Source: an uncultured bacterium (GTDB taxonomy: Bacteria; Acidobacteriota; Thermoanaerobaculia; Multivoradales; J023). From it: 64,000 nt of DNA. Location: the NCBI GenBank assembly GCA_965366625.1, contig CBDUGP010000038.1, forward strand, positions 4,239 to 68,238, read 5' to 3'. Shown in pieces: positions 1 through 9,951 of this stretch; the first letter of the stretch is position 1, and every line of letters begins with the position of its first letter. The notes beneath the pieces are model-generated. The model saw nothing but the letters and a program-made list of their open reading frames with translations, made no database searches and was not told where the DNA came from. The translations under genes were made by a program, and so were the position numbers.

Positions 1-9
1 GCGAAGGTC

Positions 10-1215
10 TTGGCGCGCCAAGAGCAACAGCGCAAACAGCGGGCACGGTCGTCCTCAAAGACATCCGGTCGCCATGCAACCCAATTGGTGCTGCGTTTGC
101 CGGAGCTGCGCCTGCGCTTCCCCAACACCCTGGACCGCTACATTCTGATTCGCTTTTTCAATGTTCTGTTGGTCGCTCTGTTTTCCGGTCTGTCGGTCTA
201 CCTGGTCGCGGACCTGACCGAGAACGTGGAAGACATTCTCCAGAATAAAATTGCCTCCAGCGTCATCTTCGACTACTACCGCTATAAGAGCTTCTCGATC
301 ATTTACGAGATCGCGCCGATCATCGTCTTGGTCACGACCCTGACGACCTTCGGATTGTTGTCGCGTACCAACGAGGTTACTGCCTGCAAGGCAGCGGGCA
401 TCAGCCTGTATCGAATGTCGGTGCCGGTGCTCGTAGCGGCTGCGTTGCTCGCGTTCTTGGCCGGAACCTTGCAGTCTGAGGTCTTGCCGGCTGCCAACAG
501 CCGGGTGACCGAACTCAAGGCGGTGATCAAAGGGCAGGAAGGTCAATCGATCCTGCACCCAGGGCGACGGGCCGATCGACTTTGGCTCTACGGTAAAGGG
601 AATCAGCTCTACAACTATTCCTTCTACGACACCAAACGCCGAGAGCTGCACAACCTTCAAATCTTCAAATTCGACCCCGATTACAGGATGGTCGCCCGGC
701 TTCGGGTCGAGAAGGCCACCCACATCGAAAATGGCTGGTGGACTTTTTCCAAGGGCTGGGCCCGGACTTTCGAGGGGCGGGAGATCACTGGCTTCTCCAC
801 CTTCGATACGCCGGTCAAGTACCGCCTTCTGGAGCCGCCTGAGTACTTTGCCGGGGGGCTGAAACCTCCCGATGAAATGAACTTTGCCGAGCTGCGGGAA
901 TACGTCAACGAACTCAAGGCCAGTGGTCAAGAGGTACCGAGCCTCGAAGTAGAGCTCTACAACAAGATCGCCTACCCCTTCATCTCTTTGGTCATGGCCC
1001 TGGTGGCCTTGCCCTTCGCTTTTCGCTTGGGACGCCACGGCGCCTTATATGGCATTGGGATCTCGCTGGTGCTGGGCATCATCTTGCTGGTTGTATTGTC
1101 GGTGTTCACTGCGCTCGGCAACAATGCGATCCTGCCGCCTCTGGTGGCCATATGGAGCCCTGCGGCCATCTTTGCCGTCTTTTCCCTCTATCTCTTCTTG
1201 GGGGTTAGAAGCTAG
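10..1215 (+). CDS. LPS export ABC transporter permease, LptF/LptG (YjgP/YjgQ) family; N-terminus may lie upstream of the window or at an internal alternative start
   Basis: Typical LptF/G N-terminal motif 'LDRYILIRFFNVLLVALF', multiple TM segments, C-terminal periplasmic beta-jellyroll-like region; ORF opens at window edge. Confidence 0.8.
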   Translation: MARQEQQRKQRARSSSKTSGRHATQLVLRLPELRLRFPNTLDRYILIRFFNVLLVALFSGLSVYLVADLTENVEDILQNKIASSVIFDYYRYKSFSIIYEIAPIIVLVTTLTTFGLLSRTNEVTACKAAGISLYRMSVPVLVAAALLAFLAGTLQSEVLPAANSRVTELKAVIKGQEGQSILHPGRRADRLWLYGKGNQLYNYSFYDTKRRELHNLQIFKFDPDYRMVARLRVEKATHIENGWWTFSKGWARTFEGREITGFSTFDTPVKYRLLEPPEYFAGGLKPPDEMNFAELREYVNELKASGQEVPSLEVELYNKIAYPFISLVMALVALPFAFRLGRHGALYGIGISLVLGIILLVVLSVFTALGNNAILPPLVAIWSPAAIFAVFSLYLFLGVRS

Positions 1216-1242
1216 TACAGGCGCACAGGCCTCATGAATACG

Positions 1243-1285
1243 AAAACGCCGGTGAGGGATTACTCCCCCACCGGCGTTTCTATTG
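1243..1285. terminator. Bidirectional intrinsic terminator between convergent LptF/G (+) and metK (-)
   Basis: Perfect stem aaacgccggtg...caccggcgttt (11 bp) with 14-nt loop; U-tract on minus-strand side (ttttcgtatt) and weaker on plus side (tctatt). Confidence 0.5.
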
Positions 1286-1302
1286 GAACCCTGTGATGCG
1301 GA

Positions 1303-2451
1303 TCAGCCGACAGCTGATTTGAGGTCGTCGACGTGGTCGAGATGCTCCCAGGTGAACCCCTCTTCATCGCGGCCGAAGTGGCCGTAGGCGGCCGTCGGAA
1401 GGAAGACAGGACGGCGCAGCTGAAGGTGATCGATGATGCCCTTGGGCGTCAACGGGAAGATGTCGCGCACGACGGCTTCCAGGCGACGATCGTCGACGGT
1501 TCCGGTGCCGTAGGTGTCCACCTGGATCGAGACCGGATCGGCGACGCCAATGGCGTAGGCCAGCTGCACCAGGACCCGCTCCGCGAGTCCGGCGCCGACC
1601 AGGTTCTTGGCGATGTGGCGTCCCATATAACTGGCGGAGCGATCGACTTTTGTCGAGTCTTTACCCGAGAAGGCGCCGCCGCCGTGAGCACCCATGCCGC
1701 CGTAAGTGTCGACGATGATCTTGCGCCCGGTCAGGCCGCAGTCCCCTTGGGGGCCACCGACGACGAATCTGCCGGTGGGATTGACGTGAAAGATGACGTC
1801 GTCGTCGAGCAAGTTGGCCGGCACCGTCGGGCGAATCACCTTTTCGATGATGCCGTTGCGAATGTCGTTTTGGCTGACGTCGGGGTCGTGTTGGGTGGAG
1901 ATGACCACCGTGTGGACACGCTTCGGGGTGTTGCCTTCATATTCGACGGTGACCTGACTCTTGCCGTCGGGCCGCAGCCAGGACAAACCGTTGGCCTTGC
2001 GCACAGTCGCCAGGCAGCGGGTCAAATGATGAGCAAGGGTGATCGGCAAGGGCATCAGCTCTTCGGTCTCACGGCAGGCGTAACCGAACATCAGACCTTG
2101 ATCACCTGCTCCACCCGGGTCGACGCCCATAGCGATATCCGGGCTTTGAGGGTCGATTGCCGACAATACAGCGCAGCTGTTGTAGTCGAAACCCGTGGCC
2201 GCATCGGTATAACCAATGTCTTTGATGGTCTGCCGTGCGATGCCGGGAAAATCGATGTAGCCGTTGGTGGTGATCTCACCGGCCAGCACGACCAACCCGG
2301 TATTTACCAAGGTCTCACAAGCCACTCGGCTATGGGGATCCTGCCTCAGGGCTTCGTCGAGGACGGCGTCGGAAATCTGGTCGGAGACCTTGTCGGGATG
2401 GCCTTCCGTGACCGATTCAGACGTAAAAAGATAACTGCTTGCCTCTGTCAT
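1303..2451 (-). CDS. metK: S-adenosylmethionine synthetase
   Basis: N-terminal '[24 protein letters not shown]', '[12 protein letters not shown]', C-terminal '[17 protein letters not shown]'-like motif; full-length 382 aa; AAGGAG Shine-Dalgarno 9 nt upstream. Confidence 0.95.
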   Translation of the reverse strand: MTEASSYLFTSESVTEGHPDKVSDQISDAVLDEALRQDPHSRVACETLVNTGLVVLAGEITTNGYIDFPGIARQTIKDIGYTDAATGFDYNSCAVLSAIDPQSPDIAMGVDPGGAGDQGLMFGYACRETEELMPLPITLAHHLTRCLATVRKANGLSWLRPDGKSQVTVEYEGNTPKRVHTVVISTQHDPDVSQNDIRNGIIEKVIRPTVPANLLDDDVIFHVNPTGRFVVGGPQGDCGLTGRKIIVDTYGGMGAHGGGAFSGKDSTKVDRSASYMGRHIAKNLVGAGLAERVLVQLAYAIGVADPVSIQVDTYGTGTVDDRRLEAVVRDIFPLTPKGIIDHLQLRRPVFLPTAAYGHFGRDEEGFTWEHLDHVDDLKSAVG

Positions 2452-2688
2452 AACACAGACACTCCTTCGGGAAGGTCATCAAGTGGGGCCAGTATTCGGG
2501 CGCGGAAGCTTGAAACGCGTGGTGATGCTTGGGCCGCGCCGGCGGTGAATCTCGGATTGAACCCGAGACTTGGAGCTCGCTTTTTTGGGATTTGCGGTCT
2601 CGCGATAGGTGTGCAAAAGACACCGTTGAGGGCGGGATCCTACCAGACGGTCAAAAATAGGGTCAATCGAATTGGTCTAAGGATTGGC

Positions 2689-3345
2689 TCAGCTGGAAAA
2701 GCGCGGGTACAGAAGACTGCATAAGGCCAAAAAGACCGCTTGGCTCGAAGTGGTCCGGCGATTTTCGGCGTTGCCGGTGATGGCTTGAACCATGCCCCGT
2801 CCCCGACGTGTACTCGGGAAAACCAGGGGGTGTCCCGGTCTACCGGCGGCGTGTAGGACAGAGTCGGGGATTTGGACTCCCCCGCTGCTACCCCAGGCTT
2901 GTTCATAGATTGGGGCAGCGTCCTCGTCAGAACCGAGCATGTCGATCACCGCCCAGCTCTGGACCACATGTCTGATGTCGGAGTGGCCGGCTGAGGTGCG
3001 GCCGGCTGAGGTGCGGCCGGCTGAGGTGCGGCCGGCTGAGATCTCCGAAAGTCCCTCTTCACACGCGACGATAAATAAGGTGCCAGGCTCTTGCTGCCGA
3101 GCGATTCCAACCAAATCCCGCGCGGCATCTAGGGTCTCGGAATCGGTCATGGGCAGCTCTGGTCTGCCTTCTAGCTGCAAGAGCCGAACCGTGAGCGGTG
3201 GATCCTTTTCGAGCACGTCGTGCAGGTAGCGTAGGAATCCATCCCGCACCCCGAGGCTTTTTTCCGGCGAATGCCCACGTACTGCCACGGTGACTTCCAA
3301 TCCGGATTGGAAACGATGCCAGATGCCCTTAATATCGTCACCCAT
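2689..3345 (-). CDS. Putative non-canonical purine NTP phosphatase (inosine/xanthosine triphosphatase, DUF84/YjjX-like) carrying an in-frame (AGRTS)n repeat insertion
   Basis: 'LEVTVAVRGHSPEK', 'PMTDSETLDAARDLVGIARQQEPGTLFIVACEEGL' and C-terminal 'QAVFLAL' resemble E. coli YjjX blocks ([38 protein letters not shown] ... QAVILAL); start chosen at internal Met, boundary uncertain. Confidence 0.45.
   Translation of the reverse strand: MGDDIKGIWHRFQSGLEVTVAVRGHSPEKSLGVRDGFLRYLHDVLEKDPPLTVRLLQLEGRPELPMTDSETLDAARDLVGIARQQEPGTLFIVACEEGLSEISAGRTSAGRTSAGRTSAGHSDIRHVVQSWAVIDMLGSDEDAAPIYEQAWGSSGGVQIPDSVLHAAGRPGHPLVFPSTRRGRGMVQAITGNAENRRTTSSQAVFLALCSLLYPRFSS
2986..3041. repeat. 15-bp tandem repeat gccggctgaggtgcg x3.7, in-frame inside the DUF84-like CDS
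   Basis: Directly visible perfect copies at 2986, 3001, 3016, partial at 3031; encodes SAGRT pentapeptide repeats on the minus strand. Confidence 0.9.
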
Positions 3346-4165
3346 GATCAATAGCCGACAAAATAGATGGGTGAAGGATATTCGCCGCCTGCGTCGAAGT
3401 AAAGGACCGCGGGTTTTGCTGGAAGGCCCACACCTAGTGGGCGAAGCTCTCTCGGAAGGGCTTGATCTCGAAGCGGTTCTGGCCACGCCGGGGTTTCTGG
3501 AGAGTACCCAGGGCCAGCGTTTGGCCGAGGGTTTGGAGCGCCCGCCTTTGATGATCGACCCGCGGCTTCTGGACGAGCTATGCGATAGCGATTCCCCGCG
3601 TGGAGTTCTCGCCATCGGGGTCTTGCCCAAGTCTGACCTGGCAGAGATCGACCTTAGGCAGAACGGTCTTTATGTTTTTGCCGACGGATTGCAGGATCCA
3701 GGAAATCTGGGGGCATTGGCGAGGGTCGCAGAGGCGGCCGGCGCTGATGCCCTGATTACCGGCCCCGGCACTTGTTTCGTCGGCCATGCTCGTGCCCTAC
3801 GGGCATCAGCCGGCAGCTTGCTTCGATTGCCCCATGCCACGGGCATTGAAGCGGTGGAGCTGTGTCGGCATCTCGTGGACCTTTCCCCAACTTGGGCCAC
3901 CTTATCTCCCAGAGGCGGCACCTCGATTTATGATCTCAGCTGGCAAGAGACCATGGTCTTGGTGGTGGGAGCCGAGGGGCCGGGAGTTTCCGAGGCGGCT
4001 CTCGAGTTGACGAACCTTTCCGTCACGATTCCAATGGCGGGCAATGTCGAGTCGCTCAATGCCACGGTTTCCGCGGCCGTGGTTCTATTCGAGAGACAAC
4101 GTTGTTTGGCTGAACGTCGTTCGGCTGAACGTTATTTAGCTGAAGGCTGTCTGAGTGCTGAGTAG
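3344..4165 (+). CDS. TrmH/SpoU family RNA 2'-O-methyltransferase
   Basis: SpoU_methylase motifs 'VFADGLQDPGNLGALARVAEAAGADALI', 'VVGAEGPGVS', 'IPMAGNVESLNATVSAAVVLFE'; start at internal Met (MINSRQNRW); ORF extends to 3290. Confidence 0.8.
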   Translation: MINSRQNRWVKDIRRLRRSKGPRVLLEGPHLVGEALSEGLDLEAVLATPGFLESTQGQRLAEGLERPPLMIDPRLLDELCDSDSPRGVLAIGVLPKSDLAEIDLRQNGLYVFADGLQDPGNLGALARVAEAAGADALITGPGTCFVGHARALRASAGSLLRLPHATGIEAVELCRHLVDLSPTWATLSPRGGTSIYDLSWQETMVLVVGAEGPGVSEAALELTNLSVTIPMAGNVESLNATVSAAVVLFERQRCLAERRSAERYLAEGCLSAE

Positions 4166-4270
4166 CTGTCTGAGTGCTGAGTAGCTGTCTAAATGCTGAG
4201 TAGCTGTCTGAGTGCTGAGTAATAGTAGCCGTCGGCGAATGTCGGCGAATGTCGGCGGCAATGTCGGCGC
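4108..4270. repeat. Compound tandem-repeat array at the TrmH 3' end / convergent gene junction: 15-bp unit x2 (4108-4137), 19-bp unit gctgtctgagtgctgagta x4 (4146-4221), 10-12-bp unit gtcggcgaat x3.5 (4231-4270)
   Basis: Perfect and near-perfect direct copies visible in sequence; TrmH stop codon lies inside first 19-mer. Confidence 0.9.
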
Positions 4271-4292
4271 GCCGACCCAGAACAGAGGCGGT

Positions 4293-5312
4293 CTAGTCGT
4301 CCGCGGGCACGAATTTGACTTGGAACATAAGAGGCCAGAATTTTCCGGTAAGCCAAAAGGTCTCGGAGTCGGCGTCATAGGCAATGCCGTTCAGCACGTC
4401 GACCAGCCGACTCTCCTCCGGCTTCAGCAGCCCTGACGCTCGGATCACCGCGTTGACCCGGCCGGTTTCAGGATCCAATCGCACGATCCGCTCTTCGCCC
4501 CAGACGTTGGCGTAGATCTGACCATCGACATATTCCAGCTCGTTGATTCGCGGCAGAGGCCGGCCTTCTAGGGTCACCTCCACCGTCCGAAGCCAGCGAA
4601 AATCCTCGCGATCTCGGAAGGTGATCCTGGGTGAGCCGTCACTCATGATCAGCTGCCGGCCGTCAAAAGTGAGCCCCCACCCTTCTCCGTTGTATCCCCA
4701 CTCGTCGATCGGATTCAGGGTTTCCGGATCAAAGACCAGTGCCAGTCCTGCTTTCCAAGTCAGCAAGACCAACTTGCCGTCGACCAGGGTCAGACCCTCG
4801 GTGAAAAGGTGACGTTCCAGGTTGTGGCGAACCAGAATCTCACCGGTTTCCGGCAGCGTGCGCCGGATGCTCGACTTCCCATAGAGCCCGGTCGACTCGA
4901 AGAGTTCGCCATCGTGCCATTGCAGCCCCTGGGTGAAGGCTGTTGGATCATGGGGATAAGAAGCCAAGACCTGAATCGAAAGCTGCTGCACAATTTCTCC
5001 GGGAGACGCCTCGACGGCGCCAGTGCTCTTTCCGGGCGGGAGGCTTGTAGGCCTGGGGCTCGAGGGACTCGAAACGGATTCGGAGTTGGGCGGATCTGAA
5101 TCGCGGGTGGTGGGCGGGTTCGAGTCTTCCCCTATTTCATCCGTTTCAGGCGCCGCGGGGGCGCAGCCACAGGCACCGAGGATCAATATCGGCAAGATGA
5201 GACCGACTGCACCTATCTTAGTACTAATCCCCTTGCCACTAAGGCTACGGCTCCAAAACCCCGCCGCCCGCGGCCTTGGCCGGCTCACGGCTCGTTCTCG
5301 CTGAATCCACAT
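4293..5312 (-). CDS. Glutaminyl-peptide cyclotransferase family lipoprotein (glutamine cyclotransferase, beta-propeller type)
   Basis: Lipobox-like 'ILGACGC', then 'YPHDPTAFTQGLQWHDGELFESTGLYGKSSIRR', 'GEGWGLTFDGRQLIMSDGS', 'DGQIYANVW', 'FWLTGKFWP' typical of plant/bacterial glutamine cyclotransferases; true start uncertain (28-nt overlap with upstream gene). Confidence 0.75.
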   Translation of the reverse strand: MWIQRERAVSRPRPRAAGFWSRSLSGKGISTKIGAVGLILPILILGACGCAPAAPETDEIGEDSNPPTTRDSDPPNSESVSSPSSPRPTSLPPGKSTGAVEASPGEIVQQLSIQVLASYPHDPTAFTQGLQWHDGELFESTGLYGKSSIRRTLPETGEILVRHNLERHLFTEGLTLVDGKLVLLTWKAGLALVFDPETLNPIDEWGYNGEGWGLTFDGRQLIMSDGSPRITFRDREDFRWLRTVEVTLEGRPLPRINELEYVDGQIYANVWGEERIVRLDPETGRVNAVIRASGLLKPEESRLVDVLNGIAYDADSETFWLTGKFWPLMFQVKFVPADD

Positions 5313-7879
5313 CCGAGCCCATGGGTCTTGGTGCGGCCGGGGGCATCGGACGAGCTGCCGATGGGGCTACCCGGGGGAGACGGAGGGGCGCCGCCAACTT
5401 GCAAGTCCGTGTCGAAGGGACGATCCGAGAATCGATCGATCGTTGTGGCCAGCCACTTCTCGTGTCCTCCGCCGCCGGCCAATTGATCGCTGAGCTGCTC
5501 GAGGTATTGGTCGACCCGGAATCGAACTTCACCTGAGACCTGATGGTCGGCGCTCAAGATCATTAGGTGATGGAGAAAGAGTCTCTGGACTTCTCGGCGA
5601 ATTCCGGCCTGCCGGGATGTCTCTTGAGCCGGCGCGAAGACCTGCTCAGAAATTTTCGAGATAATCTCCCAAGGGCCGGGCATCATGGGTTGACGGCGGT
5701 TGAAATCCGCTGCCCGCGCCAAACGCTCGGGATTTAAGAGCGCAACCAACACTTGGTCAGCGGCGGTAGCCGCGGCGCCGAGCGGGTCGAAAATCAGCTC
5801 CGAAGCACCCTGAAACATCTCGCGGTTGCGTGGGTAGCGGAACGGCCGCGGGGCCATGAGCTCGATGATTCGATCCGGAAGGTCGAGATTCTTGGGCTCC
5901 AGCATGCGCAATACGACGTCCAGTGCACGCTCCTGGCGTGCCGCGGAAATGGGCGTCGTCACCGCTTGTCCGTCGCCGTTGATGGCATAGGAATATTCCA
6001 GGCCACCGACGGTCTTGACGGCGGCATCGAGCTGGTATCGATGGTACAAATAGACTGGCGCCAAAACCTCCTGCAGCAAGGCAACTGGCTGTCCTTTCGC
6101 TAAATTATCGAGGCCGAATCGGTCCAAGGCCCGTTCTCTCACGATTAGGATTTCTTCCAGCGCTTCCACGGCATCAGACCCGTTGTCCCACAGGCTGGCG
6201 CGGGGATCCGACGCTCCGGGAGGCCTAGCGTCTTCATCGGTGAGGAAGAGCAGACCTTCATTCAGGGATTCTTGGACAATGGCATCGAGGCTCTGCTGCT
6301 GCTCGGTGCCGGCTCCGAGTTCGCTGTAGCCGTAGCGGATCGAAAGCACGTCCCACTTCCCCACTCCAATCCCGTAGGCCTTGGAGGCGTCTAAGCTTCC
6401 GTCCTCAGAGGCTTGAATCCACGGGGCTGGATAGTCCATGACCGATTCCCGATCGCCATAAGTCGAGGCTGCGAAGTTGTGGGTCAGGCCAAGGGTGTGT
6501 CCGACCTCGTGGGCTGCCAGCTGCCGAATTCTCGCCAAGGCCAGCTCCAATGGATCGTTCGGACCTCCTTTGCCGGTCTCACCGGCGCCGAATAGGCCTT
6601 CGAAGATCAACCGATCTTGGCGCACACGCAACGAGCCGAGGCTGACGTGACCTTTGATGATCTCACCGGTCCGGGGGTCGGTGATGGCGTTGCCGTAAGA
6701 CCATCCCCGAGTCGATCGATGGACCCACTGGATCACGTTGTATCTGATGTCCAAAGGATGGACGTCTTCGGGCAAGAGCTTGACCTGGTAACCGTCGATG
6801 AAACCGGCCTCTTCGAAGGCTTTCGACCACCAGCGGGCTCCTTCGAGCAGCGCGCTCCGAATCGGCTCGGGCGCGCCGTGGTCGACGTAATAAATGATCG
6901 GCTCCACCGCCTTTGATTTGGCGGCTCCCGGATTTTTCTTGATGAGTCGATGGCGTGCGATCCATCGTTTCTGAATCGGCTCGGTCAAAGGTGCCGCATA
7001 ATCCGCGTAATCCGGACCGAAGAACGCCATTCTAGGATCGGCTCGGCGCGGCTCAAAGCCATCGTCCGGCAGGCGGATCAAGGAATGGTGTTGGACCAAG
7101 CTAAAAGACCCACCGGTGGGCGCGGTTTGTTGGATCAGCTCCCCCGGCTCGTCGGCATCGAGCTGGTAGGTCAAAAGGGCTTCCAGCTCAAGGTTGTCGG
7201 GGAACGATAGACAAGCTCCAAAGTCCACGGCGGACCTATCGACATCCAGGCTGTAGCGTCCCTGTTCCGTTTCGCGGGTGGTGGCTTCGACTTGGTGAGC
7301 ATCTCGGATCAGGAAGGGGGCGATGTCCACTAGAACGGAGCCATCCTCATTTTTTGCCGCAACTGCCCCGGCCCACAGCACCGAAGGCGCAAAGCTTTCG
7401 GCGGTCGCCAGCCGTTCGCCGGCTTCTGTGGTGTCGGCACGAAAGTCGAGATTGGCGGCTTGAAAAAGGACCCTATTTCCCAGGACTCGAATGTCGATGA
7501 TGTAGGTATTCTTGATTTGGCCTCGATCGAGACCGACGGGATTTGAGCCTAGGCCTGTCCTCAGGCCTTCGACATAAAGAATCCGTTCACTCACGTCGCC
7601 TGCCGCTGGGGCGGGCAGGCGCAGCCAATAGCTGCCTCGATCCGGATCGGGATAGGTCGTTAGAAAACCGGCCTTGGCACTCAGACCTCGGGTTTTCTTG
7701 TCGACGGTCGGTAGATCGTCATCGCTGGGGTCACTCTCGTCAGAGTGGCTTTGGTCCTTTTTTTCGGGTCCCGGTTCTGCTGAGGAACCCTGGGCAGCCG
7801 GCGGAATAAGCCAGCTCCAACCGAGACACAACAGCCCAAAAAGAGCGACAAGGATAGATGACGATGAATGGCGCGGCAT
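5285..7879 (-). CDS. Secreted zinc-dependent metalloprotease (DUF5117/DUF4953-type)
   Basis: Signal peptide MPRHSSSSILVALFGLLCLGWSWLIPPAAQG with GGAGGA RBS 5 nt upstream; zincin motif 'HEVGHTLGLTHNF' plus downstream 'VMDY'; 864 aa. Confidence 0.85.
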   Translation of the reverse strand: MPRHSSSSILVALFGLLCLGWSWLIPPAAQGSSAEPGPEKKDQSHSDESDPSDDDLPTVDKKTRGLSAKAGFLTTYPDPDRGSYWLRLPAPAAGDVSERILYVEGLRTGLGSNPVGLDRGQIKNTYIIDIRVLGNRVLFQAANLDFRADTTEAGERLATAESFAPSVLWAGAVAAKNEDGSVLVDIAPFLIRDAHQVEATTRETEQGRYSLDVDRSAVDFGACLSFPDNLELEALLTYQLDADEPGELIQQTAPTGGSFSLVQHHSLIRLPDDGFEPRRADPRMAFFGPDYADYAAPLTEPIQKRWIARHRLIKKNPGAAKSKAVEPIIYYVDHGAPEPIRSALLEGARWWSKAFEEAGFIDGYQVKLLPEDVHPLDIRYNVIQWVHRSTRGWSYGNAITDPRTGEIIKGHVSLGSLRVRQDRLIFEGLFGAGETGKGGPNDPLELALARIRQLAAHEVGHTLGLTHNFAASTYGDRESVMDYPAPWIQASEDGSLDASKAYGIGVGKWDVLSIRYGYSELGAGTEQQQSLDAIVQESLNEGLLFLTDEDARPPGASDPRASLWDNGSDAVEALEEILIVRERALDRFGLDNLAKGQPVALLQEVLAPVYLYHRYQLDAAVKTVGGLEYSYAINGDGQAVTTPISAARQERALDVVLRMLEPKNLDLPDRIIELMAPRPFRYPRNREMFQGASELIFDPLGAAATAADQVLVALLNPERLARAADFNRRQPMMPGPWEIISKISEQVFAPAQETSRQAGIRREVQRLFLHHLMILSADHQVSGEVRFRVDQYLEQLSDQLAGGGGHEKWLATTIDRFSDRPFDTDLQVGGAPPSPPGSPIGSSSDAPGRTKTHGLGCGFSENEP

Positions 7880-8016
7880 GAAGCTTCCTCCAGCGGAATT
7901 TCGATGGGGTTGCGGGATGTTGACCCGCGGGCGCAGCATATAACGATCTGTTCTCATGTAGGCTTGGCAGGACTTTGACTCATCCTACCTGCCGCTAAAA
8001 ACTCCGAGGAACTCCA

Positions 8017-9876
8017 ATGCCTTGCAGCCGTCTAATTACCCGTTCTTTCGCTGTCTTATCCATCTTATCCATCCTTTTCCGCTCGAGAATCCCACGCGTC
8101 GGGGTGGTCGTCGCTCTCTCGGCCCTGGTCGCGGTCTCCTTCCCTCTCAGCCTCAAGGCCCAGGACACGCCCCAACCTCTAACCGGAGAGGGTTCGGCCC
8201 CGGCCGAAAGCACCGAGCTAGCGGAACCTGAAGTAGAGGTTCCGCCGGAGCTGAGCACCGCCCGGGCGACCATGAGGACCTTCTTGGAAGCTTTCGATCC
8301 CGAGAAAGCTCCTGAGGGCTGGAATCCACTGGATCGGGGCGCCTACTGTTTGGATCTGAGCTTCTTGGGGGATGACCTGCGGAAGAACCAGGGGCGTGAA
8401 GCGGCGGCCCAGTTGAAGGAAACCCTCGACCGCACCGCTTTGATCGATTTCGCAGAGATTCCAAACGAGCCAAACGGAGAACCCTGGAGTCTTCACATTG
8501 TCGAAGACTATGAAGTGAAAATCGCCCCGGACGAGCATGGGCGTTGGCTCTTTACCAGCAAGACCGTCGAGCAATTGCCCGCGGTACTCAGAATCGTTCG
8601 AGATCGCAATGTGGTGGAAGGGGTCAAGGACGCAGGGCCCCGAACCTTCTCCCAATGGATTCGCTCCAAGATGCCGAATTCCATGCTCTCTGCACCCTTC
8701 ATCTTGGAGACTTGGCAATGGCTGGGCCTGCTGTTGTTGATCTTGCTCGGTCTTGTGGTGGATCAATTCATCACCCGATCGGTCCAAGCAGCGATCCAAG
8801 GTTATCTCAGCCGACGAATGGAGCAGATCGATCCGGAAGAGCTTCACCGGGCCCTTAGACCGCTGGGCCTCTTGGTCGCCGGCCTGGTTTGGTGGCCCGG
8901 CCTTTTCTGGCTCGGTCTGCCGATTTGGTTGTTGAAGATCTTGGTGGTGGCGGTGAAATTCGTCGTGACGATCGCCTTTGTTTGGGCGGCCTATCGAATG
9001 GTGGACATCGTCGCCGCGATTTTTCAGGTGCGGGCAGAGCGCAGCGCCAATCGGTTCGACGATCTATTGGTGCCGCTATTTCGCAAATCCTTCAAGCTGA
9101 TGGTTGGCGCTATTGGTTTTGTGTTCATCGCCGACAACTTGGACGTCGACATCACCAGCCTGGTGGCAGGCCTCGGCATCGGGGGCCTGGCATTGGCTCT
9201 GGCCGCCCAAGATGTGGTGCGAAATGTCTTCGGCTCGCTGACGGTGATTTTGGATCGCCCGTTCTCGGTCGGAGATTGGGTGGTGATCGGCGATGTCGAA
9301 GGCACGGTGGTTGAGCTGGGCTTTCGATCGACGCGGATTCAGACTTTCTATGATTCGACCATCACCTTACCCAATGCCAATCTTATTTCCGCGTCGGTCG
9401 ACAACCTTGGTGTGCGCACTTATCGTCGATGGAAGACCATGTTGTCTCTGACCTACAACACGCCGGCCGACAAGGTGGAGGCGTTTTGCGAGGGAATTCG
9501 AGAGCTGATTCGGCTCCATCCCTACACCCGCAAAGACTCCTTCCACGTCTATCTGAATCAGTTCTCTGCTTCATCGATCGATGTCCTGGTTTATATGTTC
9601 TTCCACACTCCGGATTGGGCAACGGAGCTGCGGGAACGCCATCGCCTGGCCCTCGACATCATGCGTTTGGCCCGAGATCTGGGCGTGGAATTCGCCTTCC
9701 CCACCCAAACGGTCTACCTCCAGCGCTCCGGCGAAGCGGAGACTCTTGGGGCAACCGATGGTTATGGCCGGTACCTGACGGATGTCCGAGCCGATGCGCA
9801 GACACGAGCCCGTGCCCTTGTCGAGGGGGCTCTCGAGGGCAAGACTCCCCCGCCCGTTGGGGTCGAGGAAAAGTGA
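8017..9876 (+). CDS. Mechanosensitive ion channel, MscS family, with N-terminal signal peptide and periplasmic domain
   Basis: MscS beta-domain 'VGDWVVIGDVEGTVVELGFRSTRIQTFYDSTITLPNANL', upstream TM helices; GAGGA RBS. Confidence 0.85.
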   Translation: MPCSRLITRSFAVLSILSILFRSRIPRVGVVVALSALVAVSFPLSLKAQDTPQPLTGEGSAPAESTELAEPEVEVPPELSTARATMRTFLEAFDPEKAPEGWNPLDRGAYCLDLSFLGDDLRKNQGREAAAQLKETLDRTALIDFAEIPNEPNGEPWSLHIVEDYEVKIAPDEHGRWLFTSKTVEQLPAVLRIVRDRNVVEGVKDAGPRTFSQWIRSKMPNSMLSAPFILETWQWLGLLLLILLGLVVDQFITRSVQAAIQGYLSRRMEQIDPEELHRALRPLGLLVAGLVWWPGLFWLGLPIWLLKILVVAVKFVVTIAFVWAAYRMVDIVAAIFQVRAERSANRFDDLLVPLFRKSFKLMVGAIGFVFIADNLDVDITSLVAGLGIGGLALALAAQDVVRNVFGSLTVILDRPFSVGDWVVIGDVEGTVVELGFRSTRIQTFYDSTITLPNANLISASVDNLGVRTYRRWKTMLSLTYNTPADKVEAFCEGIRELIRLHPYTRKDSFHVYLNQFSASSIDVLVYMFFHTPDWATELRERHRLALDIMRLARDLGVEFAFPTQTVYLQRSGEAETLGATDGYGRYLTDVRADAQTRARALVEGALEGKTPPPVGVEEK

Positions 9877-9909
9877 GGACTCGATCGAAGAGCAAGCCGA
9901 GTCAAGCGA

Positions 9910-9951
9910 TTCAGGCCCAGCGGATCGAGCCCAGCGGTTCAGGCCCAGCGG
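9910..9951. repeat. 14-bp direct repeat (ttcaggcccagcgg / atcgagcccagcgg / ttcaggcccagcgg) between convergent MscS and kinase genes
   Basis: Visible in sequence. Confidence 0.8.

Noticed and set aside
55-1038. 327-aa minus-strand ORF antisense to the LptF/G gene
   Set aside because: No recognisable domain, Arg/Gly/Asp-rich low-complexity translation; LptF/G motifs on the plus strand are unambiguous
2452-2688. Long (~237 nt) leader upstream of metK, possible SAM riboswitch
   Set aside because: I could not recognise SAM-I (GGCCC..AUGAAACCC..GCAACC) or SAM-II/IV/V consensus elements by eye; left uncalled. An Rfam/Infernal scan would be decisive
1333-2724. 463-aa plus-strand ORF antisense to metK
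   Set aside because: metK on the minus strand is full-length and canonical; antisense ORF is a GC artefact
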